Positions 54,994 through 64,000 of a stretch of DNA of 64,000 nucleotides are shown here, piece by piece (positions within the stretch are counted from its first letter, which is position 1; each line of letters opens with the position of its first letter). Source of the DNA: Savitreella phatthalungensis (lineage: Eukaryota); NCBI GenBank assembly GCA_051599415.1, contig AP039689.1, forward strand, positions 248,001 to 312,000, in the 5' to 3' direction. A program made the position numbers and the translations under genes. The notes below the pieces were generated by a model. It had not been told where the DNA came from. It did not search any database and saw only the letters and a list, made by a program, of their open reading frames with translations.

Positions 54994-55713
54994 ATGGGCA
55001 ATACGCCGAGTTCGAGCGGCGGAGGCGGTGGTGGAGGTGGACACGGGCGGCATGGTGGCGGTCGTCGACGTGGGGTGTCGAAGCAGGACAGGGCGATTTT
55101 GGGGATGAAGATGCAGCGCGATCGGCTGAAGCAGTACCAGCGTCGCCTTGAGGGAGAGAGTGCTCGGTACGAGGCGAGCGCTCGTGCATGTCTGGCTGCA
55201 GGTCGGCCTGATCGCGCTCGGCTGGTGCTACAGCAGCGGCAGTTGCTGGTGAAGAATCTCGGCGCTGTCGATCAGCAGCTCGCGACGATCGAGGGCCTTG
55301 CAGCGCAAGTCGAGTTCTCGGCGTTGGAGGAGAGCGTCGTCCTTGGACTCGAGCAAGGCGGTCAGGTCCTCAAACAGCTCAACGCAAGGCTCACGCTAGA
55401 TAGGATTGATCGTCTGGCAGACGATACGGCGGAGGCGCGTGCTCATCAGGAGGAGATTGCAAATGCGCTAGCAGAGATGCGAAGGGAAGGAGGAGGACTG
55501 TCGGTCGATGACGAAGAGAGCGTCGAGGCAGAGTTCGAGAGGCTGCAAGCGACCCTGAATCAGCAACAACTGGACGCAATGCCGTCAGCGCCCAAGACGA
55601 AGCTACCAACTGCTCCAGAAGCAGAGACTGCTTTGGGAGAGACTGAGGCGATCGAGCAGGATGATCAAGGGCAGCTCTCGCGGACAGCTCGAACAGCTAT
55701 GCTTGCAGAGTGA
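54994..55713 (+). CDS. VPS20: ESCRT-III subunit Vps20/CHMP6
   Basis: Myristoylation-type start MGNTPS, VSKQDRAILGMKMQRDRLKQYQRR, VEFS, GL..G..VLK.L. Confidence 0.92.
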   Translation: MGNTPSSSGGGGGGGGHGRHGGGRRRGVSKQDRAILGMKMQRDRLKQYQRRLEGESARYEASARACLAAGRPDRARLVLQQRQLLVKNLGAVDQQLATIEGLAAQVEFSALEESVVLGLEQGGQVLKQLNARLTLDRIDRLADDTAEARAHQEEIANALAEMRREGGGLSVDDEESVEAEFERLQATLNQQQLDAMPSAPKTKLPTAPEAETALGETEAIEQDDQGQLSRTARTAMLAE

Positions 55714-56499
55714 TGAACACTGAAGGTGCATCGAGCTACGTGATGACTAATGCTGCGCGCACTCCTAAGGAACAGTTCTTTCTGTCACGAGCCCGAGATA
55801 GGTTTAGCTTTGCATCAAAGCTTGGGCGATAAACAGCGAGAGAAGGACGCGACGCAAGGCGCCTTGCAGTGCTGTCTTCACATGGACAATAAGGCTATCT
55901 GGTGATACGGCTTTAAGTCTGACTGCCAATGCCGAATGTTTTGGTGTCCGACACGCACAAGGAACACGCAAGAAATCTCTGAGTGGCTGACCTCTTAACA
56001 GCGACTAGTCGGAGAATACTGGTGAAAGTGGCAAGAGTACAATCGCCGTGGGACCCGGAGGAAGAGGAGCATGCAGCTGGCAACAAGAATTACAGGCCAC
56101 GATAAGCGGTAAACAGCCCTGTGAAGGCGTCATTCTGGATGGTCACCCTGCATTAGACACATCAAGGATCATCGGGCTGACCATTGCCATGAACGGTCTC
56201 ATATGAAGCGTAATATGGAAGATGTCTTCAGGCGTTGTTGGCGAGTGTTCTGTGCATTCGCGATCGAATTAAGGTATTTGTGAATAAATCGGAATCTAGT
56301 GCGTAAATCACGTGTGGATTGTGCATCGGCTTGAGTCTTCTTCCTTGTAGTGTCAGAGTCAGACACAGAGACGAAGACCTGGAGGAAGCGAGCAAGGAAG
56401 CAGGCATCTGCTCCCAGTCACCATAGTCCTTTGTTTCGTCAAGTCGCTCCTACAAGTCACTCAGATCTTTTGCAAGGAAAACTTCAGTATACACACCAG

Positions 56500-56889
56500 A
56501 TGCCTGTACCATTCGAAGCGCTTTTGCCTTTCGGCATCATCCTCGGGATGTACACTGCTGTAGGCGGCTTGCTCAATGTGACAAAAAGGCTGTCGAACGA
56601 GGGCAAGCCGCACCGGTACGGTCTGGACGTCTGGGAGCGCCAGCTGATGGAGCGCGACTTTAGATTGACAGGGACAGTCAGAGGTCAGTCTGATACGCCT
56701 GTCGCCGACCCAGCGTAAGTCAATTCCCTGCTCCGCAATCAGCGTTCTCGCGGCACGACAAGTCATGTTCCATTCTTGCTGCTGCAGGCTGGAGCTACTC
56801 GGAGCGAGAGAAAAAACTGGATGTGTACTGACAATGATGACAGGTTTGCGCTGAGTTCAGCATGGAAGATGGAAGAGTACGTCGTATGA
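56500..56889 (+). CDS. Complex I subunit NDUFA1 (MWFE); intron 56715-56843
   Basis: MPVPFEALLPFGII..N.GKP.RY.LD.WERQLMERD.RLTG..RGQSD. Splicing gives PAFALSSAWKMEEYVV*. Confidence 0.9.
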
Positions 56890-57837
56890 GGACAACCCAA
56901 CTATACATGACATGAAGATGCGAGGCAGGATATACAGCAGGGAAGTCTACCTGCTGGCTGGTTGTCGAAGCGCTGCAGGATACTTCTAGTCGAGAGGCTT
57001 CATGCTAGGTTGACCAGATCTACTCTAGGCATGCAAACAATGAGATGAGATGATACACACAATTGAGAACACCCATACTGACTCCTTTCCGCGCGAATTC
57101 GTGTCCGCGCGGTCGGAAGCATCACCGATACAACGGCCGCAAATGGAGGTGGAATTGATGTAACGTGCAGTGACGTGACGTGATGTCTTGCAAGGTTCCG
57201 TTACAAACATGAAGACGTCGAAGATGATTGTTTGAAAACACACCTACCATGGCGGGCTGAACTCACCTATGGCCAGCTAGTCTACTGCGGTTGATGTCAC
57301 CTTGATCCAGAGTGTCAGCACCATGCTCTAGCCACCTGATGCCATGCCATGCCTGCCTTTGGAGGGTGGCCTGCTCACTCTCGAGGACTACACGACCTCT
57401 ATAAGTAGAATTAATGACCCTCTACTTCTGCCTCACTGTTTCGTAGAGCTTCTTCTTAGTATTTGGGCCTATCATTTAATGACCAGATTCAAGAAATAGA
57501 GAAGAAAACGATCTCCTGCATCCACGGCTGACCCACTCCATTCATCCATTCACCGACCCACAAACACCGTCATCGGCAACGCAACGGGAGCTAACACGTC
57601 CTCCATCAATCATCACTCTCTAAGCCTCGCTTAAAGCCAAACAAGCTTGATCTCAGTCGACAATACAACTTCAAGAGTCTTCTATCCTGCAGCTACTCTC
57701 AACTACACTCACAACGCTGAGAGACCCTTGGCACTTTGAACGAGTCAATCACAACAGCAACGTTCCGAATTCCTGACCTCTAGCTACTGAGTTCTTCAGA
57801 CCCAAGTTCACTCAAATTCTACACACATATATACACA

Positions 57838-58566
57838 ATGTCTGCATTCCCTTCGCTGGACGAGTTCGAGGGTGGTGCGACGTCTGCCTCCCGCGCTTCA
57901 GGATCGGCATTTGTCAGCAGTGATGGTGGAGATTTCATGGGTGAATTGTCTACGCAGCAGCAGAAGTTTCCTGAAATTGGCGAGACCGGAGACCTTCTGG
58001 ACCAGGAAGGATCGTTCGAGCGATCGTTTCCTGCGGTCGGTGGTGATAGCCAGGGCGGGCAGTTTGGAATGATCTCTGCACCGAGCGGGCCGTACATTCC
58101 TGGTGGTGGTTCTGCTGGTGCCGAGCAGGTGACCAAGTCGTTTGCTCGGGCGTCGCTGGGTGGGGCGGATGGGGAGGAAGGTGGTGAGCCTCAGGTGATT
58201 CGGGACTGGAGGGAGAAGCAGGCGATTCAGATCGAGCGCAGGGATGAGGTTTCTCGCCGGCGGAAGGAGGAGACGATTGCTGCAGCACGGACCGCCGTCG
58301 ACGACTTCTACGACAACTACAACGCCAAGCGGGACAAGGAGATCGCCCGGACGCGCAAGCAGCAGGAGGAGATGCTGGCCCAGAGGGACGACACCCAGTC
58401 CGGAGGAACCACCTGGGAGAGGATCGCAAAGCTTGTAGACCTCAAGGACGGCGCAAAGGGATCAAGCGGACCCTCAGCAGCACATGCAGGCAGGGACGTC
58501 TCCAGAATGAGAGATCTCCTCGTCAGTCTTCGCAAAGATCAGAACGCCCCATCAGCAGGTCTATAA
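57838..58566 (+). CDS. CLC1: Clathrin light chain
   Basis: FPSLDEF, FERSFP, EPQVIRDWREK, DDFYDNYN, GTTWERIAKLVD, SRMRDLLVSLRKD.NAP. Confidence 0.93.
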   Translation: MSAFPSLDEFEGGATSASRASGSAFVSSDGGDFMGELSTQQQKFPEIGETGDLLDQEGSFERSFPAVGGDSQGGQFGMISAPSGPYIPGGGSAGAEQVTKSFARASLGGADGEEGGEPQVIRDWREKQAIQIERRDEVSRRRKEETIAAARTAVDDFYDNYNAKRDKEIARTRKQQEEMLAQRDDTQSGGTTWERIAKLVDLKDGAKGSSGPSAAHAGRDVSRMRDLLVSLRKDQNAPSAGL

Positions 58567-58731
58567 ACCTAACACACACCCACACACACTTTTACCAACC
58601 TAAATGCTTACAAGTCTAAACACCCTTTTTGTGTCACTCCTACTCACCTGCACCTTGTCGTGTCATTCAATTTCATTATCTAGTCATTACCGTGTACTTA
58701 TCATCACTCCTTTCATGAAATCGGTCTCGTT

Positions 58732-59241
58732 TCAAGTCGGCGGACCGAGGGTGTCTTCGAGGTCGACATTGCCAGCGGATGCTGCTGATGCGTGACCGTT
58801 CCGTCTATCTGCAGCTCTCAACCCGTTTGTAAACTCCGGCATACCGACGGTCGTCGCTAATCCCACCCACCTCTTCCTCTCATCTATCGGGAGACCCTGG
58901 ACGAGTGCGCGCACGCGAGCGTCGGCGATTGCTCTGGCATGGTCGAAGTCCTTGTGTTCGGGGAGTGGGTGGTTGGTGCGTGGGATGTTGTGAATGGCGT
59001 TGTCTAGTTTGTCGAGCTCGCGGTCGAGTTTTGGGGTGGTGGAGTGGAGCGAGCGGAGGACGTCGAGGGTTCCACGGAGGACGCCGATGCTGAAAAGGCG
59101 TTCGTACCCAACCTCGATACCGTACACTCGGCCGCGCACCATCCCGTCAGCCGCACCAGCACGCTCACCTGCAGAGACCGCAGCAGCGTAGGCGTCTGTG
59201 TGCAAGGCGTCGTCAATACCTCCGTCCAAGAGGGCGTCCAT
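58732..59241 (-). CDS. Lto1/ORAOV1-like protein (Yae1_N, GX3 repeats)
   Basis: G-x3-G repeat GERAGAADGMVRGRVYGIEVGYERL..IG...G. Confidence 0.7.
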   Translation of the reverse strand: MDALLDGGIDDALHTDAYAAAVSAGERAGAADGMVRGRVYGIEVGYERLFSIGVLRGTLDVLRSLHSTTPKLDRELDKLDNAIHNIPRTNHPLPEHKDFDHARAIADARVRALVQGLPIDERKRWVGLATTVGMPEFTNGLRAADRRNGHASAASAGNVDLEDTLGPPT

Positions 59242-59779
59242 GGACTGTAGAAGGGGATGGTGAGTTCGCTAGGGTTGGTTGTGTGGGGTGGTGCGTCAGG
59301 GGCACGGGATTTGTACGTGCACATGTGTGCATTTGATGGAAATCCGAACAAACAGCTTCGGATGGGATTGGTACAGTGAGAGAGTGATAACAGAAGCCAT
59401 ACAATTGTATAATGCTAGGATATGTACACGATGCTGGTGGTGGACATCAGTCACGGTAGAGGACAGAGACAAGACATGTGGAAGAGGGAAGGGCAATAGT
59501 GATGTCAGGCGAGCTGGAGACGACAGAGATCTTTCTTTTGTGAGGAAAAGAAAAGAGGGTCTGGCTCCAGAGTGGATTCGTGGATTTAAGCGTGTACCAC
59601 AGGCTGTCTATCGCCTTGCATCAGAATTTCGTAGTCTACTACTGCTTTTTGTTGTCAATCTCTCGATTCTGCTGCTTGGATGCAAGTCGCGCCCAATGAG
59701 TGTGGAAAAGGTTTCTTCGTTGGTCATAAATACAAGGAGTTTGGTTTGAAGGGAGTCGTGTGCTGGAAGGACGCTCGCT

Positions 59780-60319
59780 TTAGAACTTCATGAGGTGAGG
59801 ACGGTCACCCTTGGAGAGGGAGAAGGAGGAAGCGAGGTAGGAGCGGAGGTTGGGTGTTGACTTGATGGCGGCGATGATCTCCTTGTCGATGGTCTTCTGG
59901 TCCTCGACACGGGAAGCTGCGACCTGCTTCTTCTCCTTGTTGTCACCGAAGAACTCTCCCTCGGACTTCTTGCCCTTGGCGGACTTCTTCTCCTGCTCAC
60001 GAGCAAAGTACTTTGCGTCGAACTTGTCGAGAGCGAGCGATCCTGGGAGAGAGACCTTGGTGGAGGTGGCGATGAGGTAGGCCGGGTTGACGCGGCGGAG
60101 AGGGACACCGTTGACCTTGAATGGTCCGGTGACAAGGACTGTGTCGTCAATCTGCTTGAGGACGACGACGCGCTTGCCACGGAAACGGCCTGCGAGGATG
60201 ATGGCGACTGCTCCTGGCTGGAGGGAGGCACGCAGCTTTGTGGGCTTGGCAGTCTTGCGTGACTTCTTTGGGGCGGTGTGGTCCTGGCCAGGGTAGTACT
60301 TGGGTGGTGCGACAGTCAT
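59780..60319 (-). CDS. RPL6: 60S ribosomal protein L6 (eL6)
   Basis: [52 protein letters not shown]. Confidence 0.97.
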   Translation of the reverse strand: MTVAPPKYYPGQDHTAPKKSRKTAKPTKLRASLQPGAVAIILAGRFRGKRVVVLKQIDDTVLVTGPFKVNGVPLRRVNPAYLIATSTKVSLPGSLALDKFDAKYFAREQEKKSAKGKKSEGEFFGDNKEKKQVAASRVEDQKTIDKEIIAAIKSTPNLRSYLASSFSLSKGDRPHLMKF

Positions 60320-61201
60320 GTTAGGTGGATGTGGATGTCAAGGGGTTTGGAAGGGTGATGTCTTGAATGGACTGGTGCTAAATAAAAGGCTGAAAGGTTT
60401 GGAGAGGAGGGTAAGGTGGATAGACAGTAAGGAGATGATGGTGTGTGTAGGATGAGTGAGTGACTGAGTGGAGTGAGTGAGTGAGTCAGTGAGCTGGGTG
60501 TGTGTGCGTGCGTGTGTCTGAGTTTGTGCTGTGTTGCCCGTGCACTCACTCTCACTCTCTCACTCTCTCACTCACACTCACATACCTTCCACTCCCTCTG
60601 GCACTCACACTGGCACTCACTCTACTCACTTTTACTGAAGATGCACACTCGCCCAATTCTTAGTAAATCAACTCAGAATTGAAATTTAAAAAAAGGGCTT
60701 CAATCTTTTCGCACGATCACTGGCTCACCCACTCACTTCACTTCACTGCACTTGACTCACCTAAATGATACTTTTGTGGCTGGACTGTCTGGAGAATGCA
60801 CAGAAAAGTGGGAAAGTGCAAGGGTCACCGCCACACCAGTCCAATTCACCGTGAAATTCATGTGGGTGAGTGAGAGGATGCACAAATTTACCATCACGTG
60901 TAGGGCTGGCTATGGATATATGTGCATATGTGCATCTTGCATGACTCACTCACCCTTACCACTTTACTCACTTCTACTCACTCACTCACTCACTCTACTG
61001 ACTCACTCAGTTGTGCTGTATTCCAGATACAGCAATTGATTGATGCTCTCTCTATACACACAAACGCGTACAGTATAAATGCATACGCAGAGATAATCAT
61101 AGACATATGCATGTGATCGACTGAAGTGATATCACTGTAGATACTGGATGAATGCACAATAACTCCATCTCTCCACTTCAGACCAACTCGCCCTTCCATT
61201 C

Positions 61202-61239
61202 CATCTGCTCATCTGCTCATCTGCTCATCTGCTCATCTG
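61202..61239 (+). repeat. 8-bp tandem repeat (CATCTGCT), about 4.7 copies, upstream of QNS1
   Basis: catctgctcatctgctcatctgctcatctgctcatctg. Confidence 0.85.
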
Positions 61240-61346
61240 ATATCTTCGGCTGAACACTCCTCTCCTCCATCCTTGTCCTCTCTATAGAATTCTCAGTCAC
61301 CAACCCACAGTCATCAACCCGCTGATCTAGATCCCACCTCCAAGAC

Positions 61347-63485
61347 ATGGGCCACCTCGTTGTCCTGGCCACATGTTCCCTGAATCAATGGGCATTAGAC
61401 TGGCATGGCAACCGTGAACGAATCCTCAAGTCGATCCACTTGGCCAAGAGGGCAGGTGCAAAGCTCCGCGTCGGACCTGAGCTAGAGATTTCCGGATATG
61501 GCTGTCTTGATCACTTCCTCGAGAGTGACACCTATCTCCACAGCTGGGAGATGCTTGGCAAGATCCTTGCAGATCCTTCTACACATGGCATCTTACTCGA
61601 CATTGGCATGCCAGTGCTCCACCGCAATGTCAAGTACAATTGCCGTGTCATCTGCCTCGACGGGAAAATCCTCTACATCAAGCCAAAGATGGCACTCTGC
61701 AACGATGGCAACTACCGCGAGATGCGATACTTCACAGCCTGGGCACGTCCTAGACAATGGGAGCCCTACGTCCTACCAAGGTCCATCTCCGCCATTGTGG
61801 GCGGCACGACGGAAGTCCCCTTTGGAGATTGTGTCCTTGCAACACGTGACACCGTCATCGGCGCAGAGACCTGTGAGGAGCTCTTCACCCCGGCAGCCCC
61901 TCATATCGACATGTCACTTGCAGGTGTAGAGATCATTACCAACTCATCCGGCTCCCACCATGAGCTCCGCAAGCTCGATGTCCGGATCGACCTGATGCAG
62001 GAGGCTCTTCGAAAGTGCGGGGGTGTATACCTGTATGCGAATCAGCGGGGTTGTGATGGTGATCGGCTTTACTATGACGGATGTGCATCGATCATGCTGA
62101 ACGGGCAGATGCTCGCTCAGGGCGCGCAATTCGCACTAGCCGACGTCGAGGTCGTCACAGCCACAATTGACCTGGAGGAAGTGAGATCGCACCGATTCTC
62201 TGCATCACGAGGCGTCCAGGCATCCAAGGTCGAACCTTTCCACCGCATCCAGACAGACTTTGCCCTGTCTGACCCGAACGGACTTTTGTCGCTCGACCTG
62301 TGCCCAACTCAACCCATCACGCCACACTACTGGACGCCCGAGCAGGAGATTTCTCTCGGTCCTGCGTGCTGGTTGTGGGACTACCTTCGTCGATCCAAGC
62401 AGGCTGGCTTCTTCCTTCCCCTGTCTGGCGGAATTGACTCGTGTGCGACGGCGATGATCGTCTTCAGCATGTGCAGACTGGTGCACGATGCATTCGCTGC
62501 TGGAGACGAGCAGGTGAAGGCGGATGTCGACTTTCTGACACGTGACGTCGATAACTTCACCTTCGACTCCCCACAGGCACTCGCCAACGTCATCATGCAC
62601 ACCGTCTTCATGGGCACGGAAAACTCATCCCGCGAGACACGGCAACGTGCAAAGGACCTTGCTGCTGCCATAGGCGCCTACCACCTCGACCTCGACATGG
62701 ACTCTTGCGTGTCTGCGGTCCGGTCTCTGTTTGGTGCTGTGACTGGGTTGACGCCACGATTCCGATCGGCTGGCGGGAGTGCTCGTGAGAATCTGGCGCT
62801 GCAGAATATCCAGGCGCGATTGCGGATGGTGTTGGCGTACCTGTTTGCGCAGCTACTGCCTCTCGTCAGATCCCGCCCTGGCGCGCTTCTCGTCCTCGGC
62901 TCTGCCAACGTCGACGAGACACTCAGGGGATACCTGACCAAGTACGACTGCTCATCCGCAGACATCAACCCGATCGGTGGCATCTCCAAAACCGATCTCA
63001 AGGGGTTCATCAAGTACGCATCCCTCTCAGATCACTTCCGACTCTCCAACCACCAGCCTTTCGCCCTCCTCACCGACTTCATCGACGCTGTGCCTACGGC
63101 AGAGTTAGAGCCGATCACGGAGACGTACGTGCAGAGTGACGAGGCTGATATGGGGTTGACGTATGAGGAGCTTTCGGTGTTTGGTCGGTTGCGCAAGATT
63201 GATCGGCTTGGGGCGTATGGTGCGTTCACGAAGCTGCTGCACAGGTGGACTCGCTCGGGTTATACGCCGCGGATGGTGATGGAGAAGACCCAGCTGTTCT
63301 TCAGGTACTACGCCATCAATCGACACAAGTCAACCACCCTCACACCGGCGTACCATGCAGAAGCCTACTCACCAGACGACAACAGGTTCGATCTAAGACC
63401 TTTCCTCTACAACGTCAATTGGCCATGGCCCTTCGCAAAGATGAACGAGGTGGTCGAAAAGCTCGAAAAGGAACAGACAGTCTGA
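61347..63485 (+). CDS. QNS1: Glutamine-dependent NAD+ synthetase
   Basis: [64 protein letters not shown]. Confidence 0.97.
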   Translation: MGHLVVLATCSLNQWALDWHGNRERILKSIHLAKRAGAKLRVGPELEISGYGCLDHFLESDTYLHSWEMLGKILADPSTHGILLDIGMPVLHRNVKYNCRVICLDGKILYIKPKMALCNDGNYREMRYFTAWARPRQWEPYVLPRSISAIVGGTTEVPFGDCVLATRDTVIGAETCEELFTPAAPHIDMSLAGVEIITNSSGSHHELRKLDVRIDLMQEALRKCGGVYLYANQRGCDGDRLYYDGCASIMLNGQMLAQGAQFALADVEVVTATIDLEEVRSHRFSASRGVQASKVEPFHRIQTDFALSDPNGLLSLDLCPTQPITPHYWTPEQEISLGPACWLWDYLRRSKQAGFFLPLSGGIDSCATAMIVFSMCRLVHDAFAAGDEQVKADVDFLTRDVDNFTFDSPQALANVIMHTVFMGTENSSRETRQRAKDLAAAIGAYHLDLDMDSCVSAVRSLFGAVTGLTPRFRSAGGSARENLALQNIQARLRMVLAYLFAQLLPLVRSRPGALLVLGSANVDETLRGYLTKYDCSSADINPIGGISKTDLKGFIKYASLSDHFRLSNHQPFALLTDFIDAVPTAELEPITETYVQSDEADMGLTYEELSVFGRLRKIDRLGAYGAFTKLLHRWTRSGYTPRMVMEKTQLFFRYYAINRHKSTTLTPAYHAEAYSPDDNRFDLRPFLYNVNWPWPFAKMNEVVEKLEKEQTV

Positions 63486-63567
63486 TCCTCAATCCACCAC
63501 CAAAATGTACATCCAATTAATCGTATACTGTATGAACAATGAGGAGTGATGACTCGTCATCGCAGAT

Positions 63568-64000
63568 CTAGGATTCTAGATTGGGCGAGGGGATGATGGT
63601 GATCCGTCTTGGTTGAGGGTGTGGAGGATTGGTTGAGGGTGGTGCGATAGCTTGTAGTCTGAGAGCTAGTTTGTTTGTGATGGGATCGGTGTCGATAGTG
63701 ACGGCGTTGATGTGGATCCAGGGGTTTGGATCAGCTCGGTGGAGTGACGGCGTGGTCGACATCCATCGAGCCAGCTTGGCCAAGTCAGAAGCATATCCAG
63801 CTCCGGGACCTGAGGTCACGCCGGCCAGTCGCGAAGAAGCTCCATTCGAAGCCGTCCGGATATGGACTGGCAAGATCAGGGTCGCAGGATCGATAGACGG
63901 CGATAGGGAGGAGAGAACATCGTCTGGAAGCTCCGGGGCAAGCTCTGCAAACGTCATCACGCCAGGCTGGCATACAGCATCCTGTTGATCCATGGAAGTG
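63568..64000 (-). CDS. 3' end of an unidentified protein, probably truncated by the window edge
   Basis: Open frame running to the window end, convergent with QNS1. Confidence 0.5.
   Translation of the reverse strand, partial: TSMDQQDAVCQPGVMTFAELAPELPDDVLSSLSPSIDPATLILPVHIRTASNGASSRLAGVTSGPGAGYASDLAKLARWMSTTPSLHRADPNPWIHINAVTIDTDPITNKLALRLQAIAPPSTNPPHPQPRRITIIPSPNLES

Noticed and set aside
1..64000. Many short antisense or overlapping ORFs; tRNA, rRNA, CRISPR, transposase
   Set aside because: Short ORFs are shadows of GC-rich coding genes. No tRNA cloverleaf, rRNA, repeat-spacer array, or transposase/RT motifs were seen.

Overview
Gene-dense, intron-poor fungal (ascomycete) genomic DNA with about 35 protein-coding genes, mostly housekeeping, and short GT-AG introns carrying CTRAC/CTAAC branch sites. 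Compact architecture, a Crb2/Rad21-like gene set and a complex I subunit suggest a Taphrinomycotina other than Schizosaccharomyces; this is inference, not checked. No tRNA, rRNA, CRISPR array or clear transposon was seen. The best-supported hidden element is a box H/ACA snoRNA (snR191/U19 orthologue) in the unusually long NOG2 intron; both of its guide pockets match LSU rRNA helix 69. Other points of interest: an orphan gene apparently split by a one-base frame change with a possible 485-nt first intron, further candidate structured ncRNAs, a small pair of secreted-protein genes, a Met-rich GPI protein, a 14-mer shared by the two ribosomal protein promoters, and a recurrent CACGTG/TGATCA promoter signature. 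All calls were made by eye, without database searches.
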